Shown here: positions 14,079-19,100 of the stretch, in pieces
Position numbering within the stretch: the first letter of the stretch is position 1
Layout of the letters: each line of letters opens with the position of its first letter
NCBI GenBank assembly: GCA_964016885.1
Contig: CAXHJY010000417.1
Coordinates: forward strand, 1-19,100
DNA length: 19,100 nt
Direction: 5' to 3'
Source: Eledone cirrhosa
Taxonomy: Eukaryota
The notes under the pieces: generated by a model
Seen by the model: only the letters and a program-made list of their open reading frames with translations
Told to the model about the DNA's origin: nothing
Databases searched by the model: none
Position numbers and translations under genes: made by a program

Positions 14079-15833
14079 GAATGAATGTGTGAGTGGAGGC
14101 GTGTGTGTATATATATATGAATGTGTGAGTGGAGGCGTGTGTGTATATATGTATTAATGTGTGAGTGCAGGCGTGTGTGTATATATATATATGAATGTGT
14201 GCGTAGAGGCGTGTGTGTATATATATATGAATGTGTGCGTGGAGGCGTGTGTGTATATATATATGAATGTGTGCGCGGAGGCGTGTGTATATATATATGA
14301 ATGTGTGAGTGGAGGCGTGTGTGTATATATATATGAATGTGTGCGTAGAGGCGTGTGTGTATATATATATGAATGTGTGCGTGGAGGCGTGTGTATATAT
14401 ATATGAATGTGTGAGTGGAGGCGTGTGTGTATATATATATGAATGTGTGCGTAGAGGCGTGTGTGTATATATATATGAATGTGTGCGTAGAGGCGTGTGT
14501 GTATATATATATGAATGTGTGCGTGGAGGCGTGTGTGTATATATATATGAATGTGTGCGTGGAGGCGTGTGTATATATATATGAATGTGTGAGTGGAGGC
14601 GTGTGTGTATATATATATATATATATGAATGTGTGAGTGGAGGCGTGTGTGTATATATGTATTAATGTGTGAGTGGAGGCGTGTGTGTATATATATATGA
14701 ATGTGTGAGTGGAGGCGTGTGTGTGTATATATGTATTTATGTTTGAGTGGAGGCGTGTGTGTATATATGTATTAATGTGTGAGTGGAGGCGTGTGTGTAT
14801 ATATATATTAATGTGTGAGTGGAGGCGTGTGTGTATATATGTATTAATGTGTGAGTGGAGGCGTGTGTGTATATATGTATTAATGTGTGAGTGGAGGCGT
14901 GTGTGTATATATGTATTAATGTGTGAGTGGGGGCGTGTGTGTATATATATATGAATGTGTGAGTGGAGGCGTGTGTGTGTATATATGTATTTATGTGTGA
15001 GTGGAGGCGTGTGTGTATATATGTATTTATGTGTGAGTGGAGGCGTGTGTGTATATATATATGAATGTGTGAGTGGAGGCGTGTGTGTGTATATATGTAT
15101 TTATGTGTGAGTGGAGGCGTGTGTCTATATATGTATTTATGTGTGAGTGGAGGCGTGTGTGTATATATGTATTAATGTGTGAATGGAGGTGTGTGTGTAT
15201 ATATGTATTTATGTGTGAGTGGAGGCGTGTGTGTATATATGTATTAATGTGTGAGTGGAGGCGTGTGTGTATATATGTATTAATGTGTGAGTGGAGGCGT
15301 GTGTGTATATATGTATTAATGTGTGAGTGGAGGCGTGTGTGTATATATGTATTAATGTGTGAGTGGAGGCGTGTGTGTATATATGTATTTATGTGTGAGT
15401 GGAGGCGTGTGTGTATATATGTATTAATGTGTGAGTGGAGGCGTGTGTGTATATATGTATTAATGTGTGAGTGGAGGCGTGTGTGTATATATGTATTTAT
15501 GTGTGAGTGGAGGCGTGTGTGTATATATGTATTAATGTGTGAGTGGAGGCGTGTGTGTATATATATATATGAATGTGTGAGTGGAGGCGTGTGTGTGTAT
15601 ATATGTATTAATGTGTGAGTGGAGGCGTGTGTGTATATATGTATTAATGTGTGAGTGGAGGCGTGTGTGTATATATGTATTAATGTGTGAGTGGAGGCGT
15701 GTGTGTATATATGTATTAATGTGTGAGTGGAGGCGTGTGTGTATATATGTATTAATGTGTGAGTGGAGGCGTGTGTGTATATATGTATTAATGTGTGAGT
15801 GGAGGCGTGTGTGTATATATGTATTAATGTGTG
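14079..15833. repeat. ~36-bp minisatellite (about 48 copies) with GTGGAGGCG core
   Basis: Right part: GTATTAATGTGTGAGTGGAGGCGTGTGTGTATATAT (36 bp). Left part: variants ATGAATGTGTG(C/A)GT(G/A)GAGGCGTGTGT(GT)(AT)n of 34-42 bp. Confidence 0.96.
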
Positions 15834-15834
15834 T

Positions 15835-16172
15835 GCGCATGCCCTCCGCATCCCTATTACCTTTTATATGTTCTATCCTCAGAACCATCAATGTTATGGA
15901 TTGCATTGATAGCATTTTGTCCACTACATCATTCCTGATAGGTAGATATCATCGTGATGACATCTTTGACTAGCTGCTTATGATGTCGAGGACACCCTGG
16001 ATGTTCATTCCACAGAATCTGCCCCTGTTGTCACATCTAGGTGTTTTACCTGCATTCTATCTCTTTGAACACCAGGTTTTCGTGGTTATTTCCTGTTCTT
16101 GGACTGCCAAAGTATATCTTTCAAAGTGAGAGCTAAGGTACGTCTTGCTGGTCCAACATATTTTAGTTAACC
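15835..16172 (-). mobile_element. Decayed R4/Dong-like (RLE-type) non-LTR retrotransposon, downstream segment (linker plus degenerate CCHC knuckle)
   Basis: Manual translation: LTKICWTSKTYLSSHFERYTLAVQEQEITTKTWCSKR*NAGKTPRCDNRGRFCGMNIQGVLDIISS*SKMSSR*YLPIRNDVVDKML. This matches the R4/Dong pattern W...E.....A.Q(D/E)Q.I.T ... CR.C....E...HI.S.C......Y...RH(N/D).V. There are three in-frame stops and mutated zinc ligands. Confidence 0.8.
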
Positions 16173-16477
16173 TTTTTTTTAATGACTTAAATATGTTTAT
16201 TTACAATAGTTTAAAAATTTGCCTATTAATCCGTATGGTGAGCAAATGGGGTCCCACGTGCTGGCCTCCCCACAGCCCCGGCGGACAGAATGGAGAAGGC
16301 GTTTCCCCGGAGGATGGTAAGGGGGATGCGCTGGAAGAGCCATTCCAACTCGCGAGGCTCACACCTGCGGCTGGCCAGCTCAGCGCCTATGGCGGTGAAT
16401 AGAGGGGTAGCCCTAGGGCCAAGGACACCAGAAGTCTCCACTGCCAAGAACACGACCGCGAACTTGTCGGAGAGCGA
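16173..16477 (-). mobile_element. 5'-truncated CRE-like non-LTR retrotransposon 3' end (RLE C-terminus, 3' UTR, poly-A)
   Basis: The minus strand reads SLSDKFAVVFLAVETSGVLGPRATPLFTAIGAELASRRCEPRELEWLFQRIPLTILRGNAFSILSAG. This matches the CRE-type terminal motif F.P.A.ET.G..G..A......IG..........E..(F/W)L.QR.S....RGNA..IL. AATAAA lies at 16201-16196 and an A8 tail at 16180-16173, 15 nt downstream. The segment is GC-rich relative to its flanks. Confidence 0.85.
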
Positions 16478-16712
16478 CTATATTACTCTCACTTTGAAGC
16501 TTTCTGAAAATATAACCATCTACGACTTATTACTGACGGGCATGCAGCTTTTATATCTGTTGACCCGTTGTGGTAGAACTGTGCAAGGTTTGGGTCATCA
16601 GTCACAGAGTATTTCTCAAGAAGCTCCTTCACAACTCTAATGATGTTATCTGCCTCGTGTAAGACAAACTTGTTCTATCGATGGGCTTCTTGTTGCAAAG
16701 ATATGATGTGAC
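16478..16712 (-). mobile_element. Decayed R4/Dong-like non-LTR retrotransposon, upstream segment (post-RT thumb/linker)
   Basis: Translation HIISLQQEAHR*NKFVLHEADNIIRVVKELLEKYSVTDDPNLAQFYH, then after a frameshift VVDGYIFRKLQSESNI (compare the K..HG(Y/Q).....NID motif). This joins colinearly with RLTKICWTS on the far side of the CRE insert. Confidence 0.65.
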
Positions 16713-17791
16713 CAGCCAGTTAGCCAGTTAACCAACCAACACATCAACCAGCCAGCCAGTTAACCAACCAACACACCAACCAACCAGTTAACCAACCAAC
16801 ACACCAACCAGCCAGCCAGCCAGTTAACCAACCAACACACCAAACAACCAGCCAGCCAGTTAACCAACCAACACACCAACCAGCCAGCCAGTTAACCAAC
16901 CAACACACCAACCAACCAGCCAGTTAACCAACCAACACACCAACCAACCAGCCAGCCAGTTAACCAACCAACACACCAACCAGCCAGCCAGTTAACCAAC
17001 CAACACTCCAACAAGCCAGCCAACCAACCAACCAACCAGCACACCAGAAAACCAACTAACCAACCCACTAACCAACCAACCAACACACCAACCAACCAAC
17101 ACACCAACCAACCAGCCAGCCAGTTAACCAACCAACACACCAACCAGCCAGCCAGTTAACCAACCAACACTCCAACCAGCCAGCCAACCAACCAACCAAC
17201 CAGCACACCAGCAAACCAACTAACCAACCCACTAACCAACCAACCAACCAACACACCAACCAACCAGCCAGCCAGTTAACCAACCAACACACCAACCAAC
17301 CAGCCAGCCAGTTAACCAACCAACACACCAACCAGCCAGCCAGTTAACCAACCAACACTCCAACCAGCCAGCCAACCAACCAACCAACCAGCACACCAGC
17401 AAACCAACTAACCAACCCACTAACCAACCAACCAACCAACACACCAACCAACCAGCCAGCCAGTTAACCAACCAACACACCAACCAACCAGCCAGCCAGT
17501 TAACCAACCAACACACCAACCAGCCAGCCAGTTAACCAACCAACACTCAAACCAGCCAGCCAACCAACCAACCAACCAGCACACCAGCAAACCAACTAAC
17601 CAACCCACTAACCAACCAACACACCAACCAGCCAGCTAGCCAGTTAACCAACATACCAACCACCCAACCAGCCAGCACACCAACAAACCAACCAACACAC
17701 CAACCAGCCAGCTAGCCAGTTAACCAACATACCAACCACCCAACCACCCAGCACACCAGCAAACCAACCAACCAACCAACCAACCAACCAG
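16711..17791. repeat. ACCA/GCCA tetranucleotide-derived satellite with higher-order repeats
   Basis: Basic ~28-36-bp unit (ACCA)n(GCCA)nGTTAACCAACCAACAC. The ACACTC landmark T lies at 17007, 17171, 17359 and 17547 (spacing 164, 188, 188). There is a terminal 76-bp duplication (GCTAGC at 17635 and 17711). Confidence 0.95.
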
Positions 17792-17859
17792 TAAAACACT
17801 CAGCCAGTCAACCAGTCACAGCGACTTCTACCACATGTGTTTACTACTAATATTTTCAG

Positions 17860-18035
17860 CAAACGAAGAAAGCCTCTTGGTGGTAATTCGATCTGCAAGA
17901 AATAGCAGCCAAGACTCTGCATCGCTGCCATCTTATAAAGAAAAACAGAACATATTAAATAATGCAGCCGTTCATATTCCCACAAAACGTTGGTGGGATG
18001 GCCACGACTGGAACGCTTTTGATCATAGGTCTTTG
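17860..18035 (+). CDS. Candidate internal coding exon of an unidentified gene
   Basis: Acceptor-like TACTAATATTTTCAG ends at 17859. An open, non-repetitive frame reads NEESLLVVIRSARNSSQDSASLPSYKEKQNILNNAAVHIPTKRWWDGHDWNAFDHRSL. Donor-like TTG|GTCAGT lies at 18036. No homolog is recognised. Confidence 0.22.
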
Positions 18036-18379
18036 GTCAGTCAGAACAAGAGCCACCAACACGACGACCACCACGACCACCATGAAAACTACTACTACCA
18101 CCACCACCACTACTGCTACTACTACTTGTACCAACATGACCTCACCAATATGCACTCTTGCAGCTAGCATCGTGACGTCACCCATACTACATGTGTCACA
18201 GTAACAAGCGCTATTATGATGTCACTTCGCCGCCAACTTCTCCGGAACAAATCAGTTACTATAGCAACCACTATGGCGTCAGCCTCTTCACACACGTGTA
18301 TTGCCATAGTTACCCAAGATGACGTCACACCGCCAACTCTCCATCCATCCATCGACATTTGCGATTCTGCCCTAAAAAC

Positions 18380-19078
18380 CCACCACCACCACCATCACCA
18401 CCGTCAGCAGCAACACCACCACCAGTGGCAGCATCAACACCACCACAACCACCACCGCTGCCACCACCACCTGTACCACCACCACCAGCTGCACCAACAG
18501 CAGCTGCACCACCACCACCACCAGCTGCACCACCACCACCACCTCCAGTACCAGTACCAGTACCACCACCACCACCGCCAGTACCAGTACCACCACCACC
18601 ACCACCACCGCCAGTACCAGTACCACCACCACCGCCACCGCCACCACCACCGCCACCGCCAGTACCAGTAACACCACCACCACCGCCACCGCCAGCACCA
18701 CCACCACCACCACCGCCAGCACCACCACCACCACCAGTAACACCACCACCACCACCACCACCCCAGTACCACAACCGCCAGTACCAGTACCACCACCATC
18801 ACCACCAGTACCACCACCACCATCACCACCACCGCCAGCACCACCACCACCACCCCCAGTACCACCACCACCACCACCACCACCGCCAGCACCAGTACCA
18901 TCACCACCATCACCACCACCACCAGCACCACCACCACCACCGCCAGTACCACCACCATCACCACCACCGCCAGCACCACCACCATCACCACCACCACCAC
19001 CACCACCAGTACCACCACCACCACCACCACCATCACCCCCAGTACCACCACCACCACCACCATAACCAGCACTAAACA
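18380..19078. repeat. Imperfect (CCA)n array with CAGTAC/CAGCAC/CCGCCA punctuation
   Basis: Triplet-phased low-complexity tract giving poly-P/H/G/V/W ORFs, with a phase shift near 18770. Confidence 0.9.
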
Positions 19079-19100
19079 CCACGCCACGACATGATTTACT

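Noticed and set aside
16486-16557. Plus-strand peptide LTLKLSENITIYDLLLTGMQLLY resembling part of an RLE domain
   Set aside because: The same bases read on the minus strand as a longer, colinear R4-like segment that joins across the CRE insert. The short plus-strand likeness is treated as coincidence.
18359-19075. Formin FH1/extensin-like proline-rich protein
   Set aside because: It is a CCA microsatellite open in multiple frames that shifts from poly-P to poly-H mid-ORF, with no flanking domains or splice support.

Overview
This is repeat-saturated animal (eukaryotic) DNA. Roughly three quarters of the window is microsatellite or minisatellite array, which explains almost all long ORFs in the track (poly-H/V/T/P, (YI)n). 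No intact protein-coding gene, RNA gene or CRISPR array is supported. The short unique islands hold the real signal, all found by manual translation or folding. (1) A decayed R4/Dong-like non-LTR retrotransposon on the minus strand (~15835-16712) is split by a nested, 5'-truncated, polyadenylated CRE-like non-LTR 3' end (16173-16477). The insertion sits in the loop of a 13-bp inverted repeat. (2) A ~400-bp RTE-like element on the minus strand (12576-~12976) has a frameshifted C2H2 finger and a 3' stem-loop. Its tail runs into a 4.3-kb TA/CA array, and it may be an internally deleted (bipartite) non-autonomous derivative. (3) A degenerate minimal type I hammerhead-ribozyme-like motif lies at 13688-13806. 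Family assignments rest on recalled protein and UTR motifs, not database searches. The repeat landscape suggests an invertebrate such as a cephalopod or decapod (inference only). I found no evidence for a new multi-gene system.
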